This document shows, piece after piece, positions 31,457-42,127 of a stretch of DNA of 64,000 bases. A program made the translations under genes and the position numbers. Origin of the DNA: an uncultured candidate division Zixibacteria bacterium. Its GTDB lineage: Bacteria; Zixibacteria; MSB-5A5; GN15; FEB-12. Where the stretch lies: contig CAWDXE010000007.1 in the NCBI GenBank assembly GCA_963806185.1, positions 480,001 through 544,000 of the forward strand, written 5' to 3'. The notes beneath the pieces were generated by a model. That model worked only from the letters and a program-made list of their open reading frames with translations, was not told the DNA's origin and ran no database searches. Numbering within the stretch: the first letter of the stretch is position 1; each line of letters starts with the position of its first letter.

Positions 31457-32578
31457 GTGGAATCGTATAAGCTGTCAAGCAAGCTGCGCGAGAGAGATCG
31501 CGAGTATGTCATCCAGACGGTCAACGACACCCATGCGGCCGCGGTTGCGACCACGGTGTATGTGAATGGGGTCGAGGCTGAGATCACTCGTTTTCCTCAC
31601 CCCACGGAAGTATCGCCGCAGGAGGTGCTGTCGCTGGTGCGCCTGACGCATGACGAGAAGAAGAAAGAGATCGAGACGCTGCTTCAGACCTATCAGCGGA
31701 TCGCCGAGACGGGTGACGCCAACATGTTGTATCACCTGGGAACGGCGTTTTTCTACAAGGGGTTTTACATTGAGGCGCGCGACCTGTTTGTGACGACCCT
31801 GCGAGCCAGTGCCGACCATCATCAGGCGGTCTATCATCTGGGGCAGGCTGAGTTGGCCCTGGGGCAGATCGAGGCGGCGATCGAGAGTGCCTCGCGGGCG
31901 GTCAACATGCGGCCGATGTACGCCGATTATCGGAATTTTCTCGGCGAGGCGCTGCTCGCGAACAATTCGACCAAACGAGCGATTATTGAGTTGGAGCAGG
32001 CGATCGGCATCAATCTGTATTACGCCGACGCGTATTTCAACCTGGCTCTGGCGAATTTGCAGCAGGCGCTCCTTTTCCCGGACCCGGCCCGGTTTGGTCA
32101 GGTGGTGGCCAAGGTAGACGACTATTTGCACAAGGCGGCATTAATCAACCCCCGGCTGCAAGCGGGGACGTACGCCGACGGGGTGAGTGCCATGAAGAGC
32201 GATCGACTGCAGGAGGCGATCCGGCTGTTGACGCAGGTGCGGGAGAAGAAAAAAGAGGCCCACCGTCAGGAATTTGCGTCGTTCTACATGAAATTCGTGC
32301 TTTTCCCGGAGATGATCAATGAGCGGGCAGTGGCGGACCGAATAGATTTTCTGCGCGGTGAGATTGCCCGCAATCCGAACTACGTCGATCTGCTGGTGGA
32401 ACTGGCACAGTGCTATGTGGAACAGGCCAAAATTTCGCTGCAACGAGGCATGGAGCAGTATCAAAAGGCCAGCGACATGAATCCATCCCTTGGGCGGATA
32501 CGTATAGCTGCAGAGCAGACGAGCGAAATGTACGCGTCGCTCTGTCAGACAGCGGGCAAGATAATTGAGAAAGGATGA
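31457..32578 (+). CDS. Cytoplasmic TPR protein
   Basis: Repeats YHLG-A, PMYADYRNFLG, YADAYFNLA, NPNYVDL; no signal peptide. Confidence 0.8.
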   Translation: MESYKLSSKLRERDREYVIQTVNDTHAAAVATTVYVNGVEAEITRFPHPTEVSPQEVLSLVRLTHDEKKKEIETLLQTYQRIAETGDANMLYHLGTAFFYKGFYIEARDLFVTTLRASADHHQAVYHLGQAELALGQIEAAIESASRAVNMRPMYADYRNFLGEALLANNSTKRAIIELEQAIGINLYYADAYFNLALANLQQALLFPDPARFGQVVAKVDDYLHKAALINPRLQAGTYADGVSAMKSDRLQEAIRLLTQVREKKKEAHRQEFASFYMKFVLFPEMINERAVADRIDFLRGEIARNPNYVDLLVELAQCYVEQAKISLQRGMEQYQKASDMNPSLGRIRIAAEQTSEMYASLCQTAGKIIEKG

Positions 32579-32587
32579 TGGACGACC

Positions 32588-33367
32588 ATGGCCAGGCCCC
32601 CACTATCGATAATTGACTTCTTCAACATGGAATCCGCGGTGGCAACGGAGTTCCGCCGGCTTCTGCACAACCTGCGGACGGCGCGGGACGGTGGCGAGAT
32701 CAAATCGCTGCTGATCACGTCGTCAATGCTCAGCGAGGGGAAGTCGACCAACTGTATTCTCCTGGCGTTGACCGCGGCCAAGAAGGGGCTGAAGACGTTG
32801 ATTATCGACTGCGATGTGCGCCGCCCTTCGATTCACAAACTGCTGGTAATGCCGCGTGACAATGGCCTGACCGAAGTGCTCGAAGGCAAGATGATGGCGA
32901 AGAACGTCGTCAAGAAGACGACTCTCGAGAAGCTGGATGTGATCACGGCCGGTCGGGAGACGGCAATGCCGACCGAAGTCTTCGACGCCCGGCAGATCGG
33001 GGCGCTGGTGTCGGAGATGAAGTTCTTTTATGATCTGGTCCTGCTGGATTGCGCGCCGATCATTCCAGTCTCTGATCCGATGCTTTTGGCCAACGAGGTC
33101 GATGCGATCGTGATTGTCGTCAAGGTGGGTGCGACGCAACGGGAGATCGTCCGGCGGGCGTGCGACATCATGCGCAGCCAGTCCAATCGGTTGCTGGGTG
33201 TGATTCTGAATAATATGGAGGGGGGCCTTCCGTCATACTACGACACCAGTCATTACGGCTATTCCTATCAGGCAAATCCCCCAAAACGGCCCAGTACCAA
33301 ACCGACTGACAGGCCGCACGACCGGCACGCGAATCCGGTCGACGACGTGCGGCCGGCCAAGAAGTAG
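32588..33367 (+). CDS. CpsD/CapB-family bacterial tyrosine kinase (stand-alone Wzc kinase domain)
   Basis: EFRRL--N, ITSS--SEGKST, IIDCDVRRP, VLLDCAP, LGVILN, Tyr cluster SYYDTSHYGYSY. Confidence 0.9.
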   Translation: MARPPLSIIDFFNMESAVATEFRRLLHNLRTARDGGEIKSLLITSSMLSEGKSTNCILLALTAAKKGLKTLIIDCDVRRPSIHKLLVMPRDNGLTEVLEGKMMAKNVVKKTTLEKLDVITAGRETAMPTEVFDARQIGALVSEMKFFYDLVLLDCAPIIPVSDPMLLANEVDAIVIVVKVGATQREIVRRACDIMRSQSNRLLGVILNNMEGGLPSYYDTSHYGYSYQANPPKRPSTKPTDRPHDRHANPVDDVRPAKK

Positions 33368-33379
33368 GACGGAGGACAG

Positions 33380-34267
33380 ATGGCCGAAACCCGACCACCT
33401 TGTCTCAACGTTCTGACGGTTGATCTGGAAGAGTGGTTTGTCGTCGAAGCGCTGGCCGAGCGTATACCCCAAAGCGAATGGCATGAGCACAAGTCGACGT
33501 TGATCCCCAATGTTCGTCGGCTTCTGCATATGTTTGCCCGGCGCAATGTTCGCGCGACCTGGTTTGTCCTGGGCTGGTGTGCGGAACTTCAACCGGCCTT
33601 GATGCGCGAAATTGTCGACTACGGCCATGAGATTGCCTGTCATAGTTACAAGCATACGCGGGTGGACACGATGACCGCCCAGCAATTCCGGGAAGACACC
33701 AAGCGGGCGACAGGTGCGATTGCCGAAGCCTCGGGTCTGCGCCCGATCGGTTTCCGGGCGCCGAGCTGGTCGATCAATCAATCGACTCCGTGGGCTTTTG
33801 AAATCCTGGCCGAACTGGGGTATATCTACGACAGCTCGATATTTCCGATCAAGCATGACATTTATGGAATTCCCGAGGGTCCAAGGGAGGCGTTCAAGAT
33901 GACACTTCCGAACAATCGGACATTGTGGGAGATCCCGGCTTCGACGGTTCGATTTATGGGGCAGAATTTGCCCGTTGGTGGCGGGGGATATCTCCGGCAC
34001 TCACCGTATTGGTATTCGCGGTCGATGGTGAAGCGGTTGAATAGCATAGGTCGTCCGGCGATCGTGTATATGCATCCCTGGGAGTTGGACCCTGATCCGC
34101 CGATTGTGCCCGGGTTGAGCGCGACCCAGCGTTTCCGGATGTACGGATCGACCGATACATTTGCGCTCAAGCTGGACCGTCTACTCAGCGAGTTCGAATT
34201 TGCGACGATGAGTGCATACCTGGGGTCGATCAGTCGGCGGCCGATCGGATTCGAACAGGCGGTCTAG
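33380..34267 (+). CDS. Polysaccharide deacetylase (DUF3473-type C-terminus)
   Basis: LTVDLEEWF, ATWFVLG, GHEIACHSYKH, GFRAPSWS, YDSSIFP, GGGGYLR, YMHPWELDP. Confidence 0.9.
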   Translation: MAETRPPCLNVLTVDLEEWFVVEALAERIPQSEWHEHKSTLIPNVRRLLHMFARRNVRATWFVLGWCAELQPALMREIVDYGHEIACHSYKHTRVDTMTAQQFREDTKRATGAIAEASGLRPIGFRAPSWSINQSTPWAFEILAELGYIYDSSIFPIKHDIYGIPEGPREAFKMTLPNNRTLWEIPASTVRFMGQNLPVGGGGYLRHSPYWYSRSMVKRLNSIGRPAIVYMHPWELDPDPPIVPGLSATQRFRMYGSTDTFALKLDRLLSEFEFATMSAYLGSISRRPIGFEQAV

Positions 34268-34381
34268 GCTATCTCCTTGTCTTTTCGGCACATCCGGCTC
34301 ATCTTTTGTTAATAAATCCTTGACTCTCCCGGGTATAACTATACACATTAGAGCGAGTTCTGAATTACTGAGGAGTACGCA

Positions 34382-35050
34382 ATGAAAAGGCTGCTTGTTA
34401 TCACGATGGCTTTGTTAATGGTCGCGCCGCTCGCCTTCGGCAAGAAGAAACGGGATAAGGCCGGGATGCTGGACGGATCGACGTATCAGGATGAATCTTA
34501 CGGATTTTCGATGAAAGTGAGTGAGAACTGGAAAGTGCGGATCGGAGATGAAAAGGACAAGCTCCGGCTCGTCATGACCCAGAAAAATTACACGACGCCG
34601 CCGCGGTATTTGAATGCCAAGGATTACACCAAGGTGCCGCGAATAGTCATGTTTGTGGATACCACAAACCTTCCGCCGATGACCTTCATCGATTCGCTGA
34701 CGTCGTCGCAGTACAAGTCGGAGTTCAAATCGACGCTGCTCAAGGAGTTTGAGATACTGGCCGAACCCGAGCTCGTGCCGCGCAGCCGGAATCCGATAAC
34801 AATCGGCGAAATCTCGGGTGCAGTCTGGGCCGGGCAGGCGAAGTATGTGCGCGAAATCTCCGAGTCTTCGTCGTCGTCCGGGGGCGTCCGCGTCAATGGT
34901 TCCTACGGTGGCTCGATTGCTGCCGTCAAGGTGGGCAACGTGATGGTGGTTTTTCATATGATGTGCGAGTGGGAGTATTTCGACGCGGTGCAGGGTGAGT
35001 TAATGCAAATCGTCAATTCGATGCAATTGTCGCAGCCCAAAGGGGAATGA
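34382..35050 (+). CDS. Secreted hypothetical protein
   Basis: AGGAG RBS; signal peptide MKRLLVITMALL..AFG; YGFS---P/ENW start resembles PsbP-like folds (weak). Confidence 0.65.
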   Translation: MKRLLVITMALLMVAPLAFGKKKRDKAGMLDGSTYQDESYGFSMKVSENWKVRIGDEKDKLRLVMTQKNYTTPPRYLNAKDYTKVPRIVMFVDTTNLPPMTFIDSLTSSQYKSEFKSTLLKEFEILAEPELVPRSRNPITIGEISGAVWAGQAKYVREISESSSSSGGVRVNGSYGGSIAAVKVGNVMVVFHMMCEWEYFDAVQGELMQIVNSMQLSQPKGE

Positions 35051-35124
35051 AGCATTCCCGGCGCACATTAATGAAGATAGGCAGGAAGTCCGGCGAATTC
35101 GCCGGTTAGGACGAGGGTAGTGTT

Positions 35125-35502
35125 ATGTGGGCGATACGCGCAGTACTGATCTTCTTTGTGATTATCGTGGTGGTGGCGTTTGCCTATAACAACTCGGGTC
35201 AGAACCAGGTTGTCGACGTGTTTCTGGATCCGTTATATCACGACTTTGTCGATGTTCCGCTGGTGACAGTGGTCTTCTGGGCCTTTATGGCGGGGGTTAT
35301 TCTCTCGGTGCTGTTTTTCATAACCTCGTACGTGAAGCAGATGGTGCAGATGTCGAACGCCCGCAAGCGGGTCAAGGCGCTGGAATCGGAGTTGGCAATT
35401 TTGCGCAACCGACCGATCGAGGAGTCGGCCTCGCTTCTGCGTGGGGCGGACGAGCGCCAATTTCTGTCCGAATCACCGTTTGAGCAGGAGCGTCCGCGAT
35501 GA
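35125..35502 (+). CDS. lapA: LapA-family (DUF1049) membrane protein
   Basis: TM-FAYNN-V-V-PL-TM-coiled-coil layout; ATGA overlap with the TPR gene. Confidence 0.75.
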   Translation: MWAIRAVLIFFVIIVVVAFAYNNSGQNQVVDVFLDPLYHDFVDVPLVTVVFWAFMAGVILSVLFFITSYVKQMVQMSNARKRVKALESELAILRNRPIEESASLLRGADERQFLSESPFEQERPR

Positions 35503-36590
35503 GCGACTATCTGCTGGTCTTGTTGATACTGTTCCTGGGGGCGATTGCGTTCTACCTGGTGTATGAGCGGTTTTTGAATCGTCCGCAGGAATCCCAGCAA
35601 TCGCAGTACATCGAGGCGATGCGCGATCTGCTGGATGGGCGGTACGAATCGGCGTTCACCAAATTTCGCCAGGTTGTTGCTGAAAACTCGGCCAACACCG
35701 ACGCCTACTTGCGCCTGGGGCAGATTCTTCGAGAGAACAATCAAGCCGGGCGAGCTCTGCAAGTGCACAAGGATCTGACTTTGCGCACCGGCCTATCAGT
35801 GGCTGAGAAGACAGCCATCCTGCGGCAACTGGCGCTCGATTATCTGGCGGTGGACGACGGTGTGACGGCGGAGGCCGCGCTCAAGGAACTGCTGTTGCTG
35901 GCGCCGCGGAATCGCTGGGCACACATCAATTCGTTGAAGCTCCAGGAGAAGAACCAGCAGTGGGGGGCAGCATACGAGACGGCGGCGCAGATTCTGAAGC
36001 TGGAGGGCAACAAGTCGCGGCAGCCGTTGGCCCGGTACAAGTATATGGAGGGGGAGCAGCTCTACAAGCAGCGCGAATATCACAAGGCTCGGGTGGTTTG
36101 GAAAGAGGCGCTCGGACTGGACCCCAAGTATGTTCAGGCGTATCTGATGATTGGTGATTCGTACTATGACGAACAGCGGTTTGAAGACGCGGTAACGTTC
36201 TGGGGCAAGTTGATCGGGGCGGTTCCGGAGCAGAGTCATCTGGTGATCGATCGATTGAAGCGGATTCTGTTCGAGATGGGCCGATTCGGCGACATCGTGG
36301 AAATCTGTGAGAATATCCTGCAGGTCAATCCGGGTAACGTTTACGCCCGCCGCACACTGGCGGAATTTTTCATCAAGAAGGGTGATCTGGACGCTGCCTC
36401 CGAGGTACTGGAGCAGGTGGTCGAGGAACATCCCGAGGACTATCCGGTAGTGCTCGAACTGATTCGCCTCTATCTCGAGAAGGGGGAGCGCAAGAAGCTC
36501 AATGACTTGCTTCGTAAACTCGAACGGAAGCGCGAAAAACAACAGCAGCCGTCGGCCGATCGAACGGCCGCCGCGGTCATGCGACCCTGA
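35499..36590 (+). CDS. lapB: LapB-like TPR protein without rubredoxin tail
   Basis: N-terminal TM, Y---M--LL, AYLRLGQILRE--QAGRALQVHKDL, LALDY; follows lapA. Confidence 0.7.
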   Translation: MSDYLLVLLILFLGAIAFYLVYERFLNRPQESQQSQYIEAMRDLLDGRYESAFTKFRQVVAENSANTDAYLRLGQILRENNQAGRALQVHKDLTLRTGLSVAEKTAILRQLALDYLAVDDGVTAEAALKELLLLAPRNRWAHINSLKLQEKNQQWGAAYETAAQILKLEGNKSRQPLARYKYMEGEQLYKQREYHKARVVWKEALGLDPKYVQAYLMIGDSYYDEQRFEDAVTFWGKLIGAVPEQSHLVIDRLKRILFEMGRFGDIVEICENILQVNPGNVYARRTLAEFFIKKGDLDAASEVLEQVVEEHPEDYPVVLELIRLYLEKGERKKLNDLLRKLERKREKQQQPSADRTAAAVMRP

Positions 36591-36627
36591 GACGGTCAGG
36601 TTTTCCCCTGACCGTAATTCGTATTCC

Positions 36628-37630
36628 ATGTTGTATGTGCTATGGTCGTTTTTCCTGTTGGTGACTTTGGCCCAGGCCGGTCGCGGACAGGACGTCGTGT
36701 CACTGCTCAGAGCCGGCAATATTGACAGCGTCCGAGCTGTGCTCAACGGCCGGGAGCCAATGACCCTCACGGACGGCAATCTGTTGTATTGTGCCGGCGT
36801 GCTGGAGAGCAATGCGGAAAAGTCGGCGCGGCTTTTCGAGCGGGCGCTCAACTATTCGCCGAGTGAAAGTTGTCGGGAAGAGATGATCGCGCGGATGGTG
36901 GAATATTATTGCCTGATTCGCAATCTTGACCGGATGGCCGAGAAGATCGCCATGTATTTCAAGCAGTACCCCGACGGCGAGCGCCGGTTGGAAGTGGAGC
37001 GATATTCCGTGCTGCTGGCCCAATTGCGGAAAGACAACGACACGGCGATCCGGCAGGCGGATCGTTTTCTGACCGAAAACAAGAGCGGCGAGACGGTGCA
37101 ATGGCTGACGATCGACAAGGCGCGGTCGTTGCAGAAGATGGGTAAGCATATCGGCGCGGAGTAAGATCCTGCGCGACTTGTCCAAAGAGAAGGCGGGACC
37201 GGGCGTGCCGGTGAGTCTCTACATGCTGGCGGTCTCCTCAGCGGAGACCAAGAAGCCGGATGACGCCGTCCTCTACTTCAACATTCTGCAGGAGGGATAC
37301 CCGCTGGCGGTAGGGGTGGACGCGTTGATGGAGCGACTGTCGGGATCGACGGACGAGACTTCATCCGACAATCGGGCCGAACGGTTGACCAGCACATACT
37401 ACTCGGTCAAGGTGGGGGTTTTCTCCGACAAGGATAACGCCGCGGCACTCGTGCGACGGATCAACGGGCTCGTCCGGTCGGCCAAGGTGGAAGTCGAGCC
37501 AAAGGTAATCTCGGGGAAGTCGTACCAGGTGGTGTATGTGGGCCGGTTCAGTTCGTTCAGCGCCGCCACCGCTCTCAAACAGCAGCTCGAAAAAGAACTC
37601 GATGAACCACTTCAGGTAGTTGCGCGATGA
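36628..37630 (+). CDS. Secreted TPR-like plus SPOR-domain protein (frameshift near 37160)
   Basis: Signal peptide; junction [46 protein letters not shown] motif. Confidence 0.7.
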
Positions 37631-40237
37631 CCTGCACGGGTCCCGAGCAATCGATCACGCCGCTGATGCGGCAGTATCACGCTATCAAGGCCCAACATCC
37701 CGATAAGATTCTTTTCTTCCGCATGGGCGACTTCTATGAGATGTTCGGCGACGACGCGGTCAAAGCGGCACCGATCCTCGGTATAGCCCTTACGTCGCGC
37801 TCGCACGGGAGCCGCCGAACGGATTCCGTTGGCGGGCGTACCTTATCATTCGGTCGACCGATATCTGGCGCGGCTGTTGGCCCGAGGCGAGAAAGTGGTT
37901 GTCGTGGAGCAGGTGGAGGATCCCAAAACGGCCAAGGGGCTGGTGAAGCGGGAGATCGTCGAGATTCTCACGCCGGGAACGGCCACCGTCGAGGCGACCG
38001 ACTCACCCACTGCGCACGCTTTGCCTGGCGGCGGTATTGCCAAGAGCAGAATCGGACGATGGGTATGGCGCTCCTGGATTTGTCCACCGGAACGTTTCTC
38101 GTCGATGAAGGTCCCCTGCATCTGGTCGTCGAGCGACTGCGAGTCATGGAACCATCGGAATTGCTCTACCCCGCATCCGTGGGACAGGATCAAATTCTGC
38201 AGATCACGGGTGTCAGCAAGCAGGGGATGGCGCTGACGCCGCTCGACGACTGGCAGTTTGACGCCAGTTCGGCACGAACGCGAATTGAATCATCAGTTTG
38301 GAACGTCGACGCTCGAAGGGTTCGGCATAGCGGGTCAGCAAGGGGCGATCGCGGCGGCCGGAGCGGTGCTTCAGTATTTGAAAGAGAATCATCGCGACAA
38401 ACTTTCCCACGTCCACCGGCTGGTACCGTTCGACGATGCCGAGGAGATGTCGCTTGATTACAGCTCAGTGCGCAATCTGGAGCTGGACCGTAATCTGGCC
38501 AATGGCACGGACGAGAATACCCTGTTTTCGGTAATCAATCGTTGCCACACACCGGCAGGAGCGCGGCGGCTGAAGCAGAATCTGTTGCACCCGTTCAAGT
38601 CGAAAGCGAGGATTGATCTTCGCTTATCCGGTGTGACCGAACTGGTGAAGAATCGCGATTTCTGTTGGAAAATTCGAGAACAGACCAGGCTCCTGCCCGA
38701 TCTGGAGCGGTTGGCGGGAAGGCTGGGCATAGGGCGGCTTGCGCCGCGGCAGATGCAGGCGATGGGGCAAGGGTTGGCGATTGCGGTAGAGCTCAAGATA
38801 GGGCTGGATGAGTCAAACGGGCCGCTGCTCAAGCAACTTGGCAACGCACTGCCGCGGGAACAACCGCTGGCCGAGACGATCGCACGGGCGTTGGTCGAGG
38901 ATCCTCCGTTGGTGAGCAACAAGGGACATATCTTTCGTCGAGGGTACAGCGACCGTTTGGATGCGCTCAATGATTCGATCCGCGAGGCGAGAGACTACAT
39001 TGGGTCGTTGCAAGCGCTGGAGCGGGAACGGACGGGAATATCGACACTCAAGGTCGGATTCAACAAGGTCTTCGGATACTATCTCGAGATCACCCGTGCC
39101 AACGCCCATCTGGCGCCTCAGCAGTACATTCGCAAACAGACGCTGGTCAATGCCGAGCGATACATCACGCCGGAGCTGAAAGAGAAGGAAGAACTGATTC
39201 TGGCGGCGGAGGAGAAAATCTTCTCGCTGGAATCGGAGTTGTACCAGGCGTTGGTGGAGCATCTCAACACCGAGATTGCCGGTATCGTGCATACGGCCGG
39301 CGTACTGGCGGAAATCGATGTGGTGAGCGGACTGGCGGATCTGGCGGTCGCGGGTGGCTATTGTCGACCGGAGATATACGAGGATCGGCGACTGAAAATC
39401 ACGAACGGACGTCACCCGGTCATCGAATCGGTTTTGCCGGCCGGCGCGTTTGTCGCCAACGACGTGCAGATCGAGGAATCATCGGCGCGAATCATCATTC
39501 TCACCGGCCCGAACATGTCGGGCAAGTCGACGTATCTACGGCAGATCGGTTTGATTGTGATCATGGCGCAGATCGGATCGTATGTGCCTGCGGACAAAGC
39601 TGAGATCGGCATTGTCGACCGAGTCTTCACGCGGGTCGGTGCGCTCGATAATCTGGCCCGGGGACAATCGACCTTTCTGGTTGAGATGGTCGAGACGGCC
39701 AATATTCTCAACAATGCGACGGAGCGGTCGTTGGTGTTGCTCGACGAGGTGGGGAGAGGGACGTCGACGTTCGACGGCCTGTCGGTCGCCTGGTCGGTGG
39801 TGGAGTACATCAACGAATCGGTGAAGGCGCGGACAATATTTGCCACCCACTATCATGAATTGACCGGCATGGCGGCGATTTACCCAAGTGTCACCAATTG
39901 TCAGGTGGCGGTGAAGCGGTGGGAGGACCAGGTGGTCTTCCTGCACAAGATCATTCCGGGCGGATGCGATGATTCGTACGGGATCGAGGTGGCGAGACTG
40001 GCCGGGCTTCCTCGCACGGCGCTGTCGCGCGCCAAGCAGATTCTACGGCTGCTCGAATCGGGCAAGTTCTCGCAGAGCGAACTGGGCAAAGGGATTTACA
40101 AGGACAAGGTGCAGGCTAATTTGTTTGAGGCGCAGCCGTCGGCGGTTGAATCGCATCTGCGCGAAGTCGACCTGGACAATCTGACGCCGGTGGCGGCGTT
40201 TGATCTGCTGCGCAAATTGAAAGAGGAATCCTCGTGA
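37627..40237 (+). CDS. mutS: DNA mismatch repair protein MutS (at least three frameshifts near 37810, 38010-38050 and 38278)
   Basis: [86 protein letters not shown]; clamp motif QANLF. Confidence 0.95.
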
Positions 40238-42120
40238 CACTTCCACGGCCGGGCGACAAAGGACAGCGCTGGATTCGACCGCTTCCGGACCGATTGATCA
40301 ACAAGATCGCGGCCGGTGAAGTGATCGAACGTCCGGCGGCGGTCGTCAAAGAACTGGTGGAGAACTCGCTCGATGCGGACGCCACGCGCGTTGACATCGT
40401 CGTCGAAAAATCCGGCGGGAAGCTGATCAAAATAATCGACAACGGGTGTGGCATTTCGGCCGAGCAGATCGAGGTGGCTTTCGGGCGCCACGCCACGTCG
40501 AAGATTTCCGACTTTGCCGACCTGGAGCGAATCATGTCGTACGGTTTTCGCGGCGAGGCGCTGCCGTCGATTGCCTCGGTATCGCGTCTGCGCATGATTT
40601 CCCGGGTGCGAGAGGCGGATGCGGCGACGGAAATCATCTATGAGGGAGGAGTGCTGCAGTCCAAGCGACCGACCTCGGGCGCGCCGGGAACGACAATCGA
40701 AGTGGAAAATCTCTTTTACAATACTCCGGCGCGGCGGAAATTTCTGAAAGCAGAAGTAACGGAAGCCCGGCACATTTCGCGAGTGGCGATGGCGCTGGCG
40801 ATGGGTCGATTCGACGTCGGCTTTTCGTATCGTCAGAACGACCGGAGTCATTTTCGCTTGCCCACCGGGCAGGATCTGGGTGAGCGCGTGGCCGGGCTGT
40901 TCGCGCCGGGGAAAGAGTTCATTCCGATTGACGGTGAGGCCGGGCCGGTGAAGGTGCACGGGTTTATCGGACATCCCGGGTTGGCCCAGACTTCGCGTTG
41001 GGGGCAGTTTCTCTTCATCAACAATCGGTACGTGACGTCGATGACGTTATCGCACGCGTTTGCCGCCGGGTACGGCGAATTGCTGCCAAAGGGAAATTAT
41101 CCAATCGGCGCACTATTGCTGGCGGTGGATCCGGCGGAAGTTGATGTCAATGTTCATCCGGCCAAGACGGAAGTACGGTTATCTCGTGAGCGCGACATTC
41201 ACGACGCCGTCTATTCGCTGGTCAAAGAGGCGCTGCGCAGTCATGGCGTAATCCCGAATTTCACGCCGGGCATCGAGCCCAACGTGTTCACGCCGTCGCG
41301 GATGGCCGATCAATCATACGCGCCGAATCAAGGCGGCCAACGACCGTCGAATTACATCCCCGGCATCGGGGCGTCGCGAGGCGATGTTGCGGATTATCTC
41401 GATGCTTTGCATCGGGCGAAGTCGATCGACGTGCCGTCGATTCAGGAAGAGATTGTCGACACGCAGACGGGCGAGATTATCTCAAACCGACCGCCCATGG
41501 AACGAATGTCGACGGCCACAGAGGCATCCACGGGGAGTCCGGCGCCTATCGGGTCGATTCGACTGCTGGGGCGATTGTCAAATCTGTACCTGTTGTTTCA
41601 ATCGGACGAGGATCTGCTGATACTTGATCAGCACACGGCGCATGAGCGGGTGCTCTTTGAACAAACGCTGGCGCAGCTCGAAGCGCAGGGGAGCGTGGGG
41701 CAGCACCTCCTCATACCGGTGCAGATGGAATTGTCACCGGAGCAGTTGACGCTTTTTGATGAGGCATTGGAAGTCCTCAACAAGTCGGGGTTCGGGGTAA
41801 GTGAGTTCGGCGGGAGGACGGTGCGTATCGAGGCGGTGCCGGCGGCGTTGACGCGCAAGTCGCCGGAGAAGATGTTTTTGAAGATTCTCGACGATATCGG
41901 GTCCTTGCGAAAAGCCGGGTACGACGTGCGCAAGGCGGTCGCCCAATCGGTGGCCTGTCGATCGGCGGTAATGGCCGGTGATTCGCTCACGGAACAGGAA
42001 GCATACGCGCTGGTGAAGAGCCTGTTGCAGTGTCAAAACATGTATTCGTGTCCTCACGGACGGCCGACTTTCGTACGGGTTCGCCGTGCCGATCTGGACC
42101 GTCAATTCGGCCGTGCCTGA
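40234..42120 (+). CDS. mutL: DNA mismatch repair endonuclease MutL
   Basis: KIAAGEVIERPA, GFRGEALPSI, VDVNVHPAKTEV, DQHTAHERVLFE, ACRSA, CPHGRP. Confidence 0.97.
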   Translation: MTLPRPGDKGQRWIRPLPDRLINKIAAGEVIERPAAVVKELVENSLDADATRVDIVVEKSGGKLIKIIDNGCGISAEQIEVAFGRHATSKISDFADLERIMSYGFRGEALPSIASVSRLRMISRVREADAATEIIYEGGVLQSKRPTSGAPGTTIEVENLFYNTPARRKFLKAEVTEARHISRVAMALAMGRFDVGFSYRQNDRSHFRLPTGQDLGERVAGLFAPGKEFIPIDGEAGPVKVHGFIGHPGLAQTSRWGQFLFINNRYVTSMTLSHAFAAGYGELLPKGNYPIGALLLAVDPAEVDVNVHPAKTEVRLSRERDIHDAVYSLVKEALRSHGVIPNFTPGIEPNVFTPSRMADQSYAPNQGGQRPSNYIPGIGASRGDVADYLDALHRAKSIDVPSIQEEIVDTQTGEIISNRPPMERMSTATEASTGSPAPIGSIRLLGRLSNLYLLFQSDEDLLILDQHTAHERVLFEQTLAQLEAQGSVGQHLLIPVQMELSPEQLTLFDEALEVLNKSGFGVSEFGGRTVRIEAVPAALTRKSPEKMFLKILDDIGSLRKAGYDVRKAVAQSVACRSAVMAGDSLTEQEAYALVKSLLQCQNMYSCPHGRPTFVRVRRADLDRQFGRA

Positions 42121-42127
42121 ATCTACC

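Noticed and set aside
35090..35105. Perfect 16-bp palindrome CCGGCGAATTCGCCGG
   Set aside because: Single copy, no T-tail and no promoter context; no function can be supported.
37140..37180. Stop-codon readthrough or recoding at TAA 37162
   Set aside because: The downstream SPOR part is in a different frame, so one extra base explains it.
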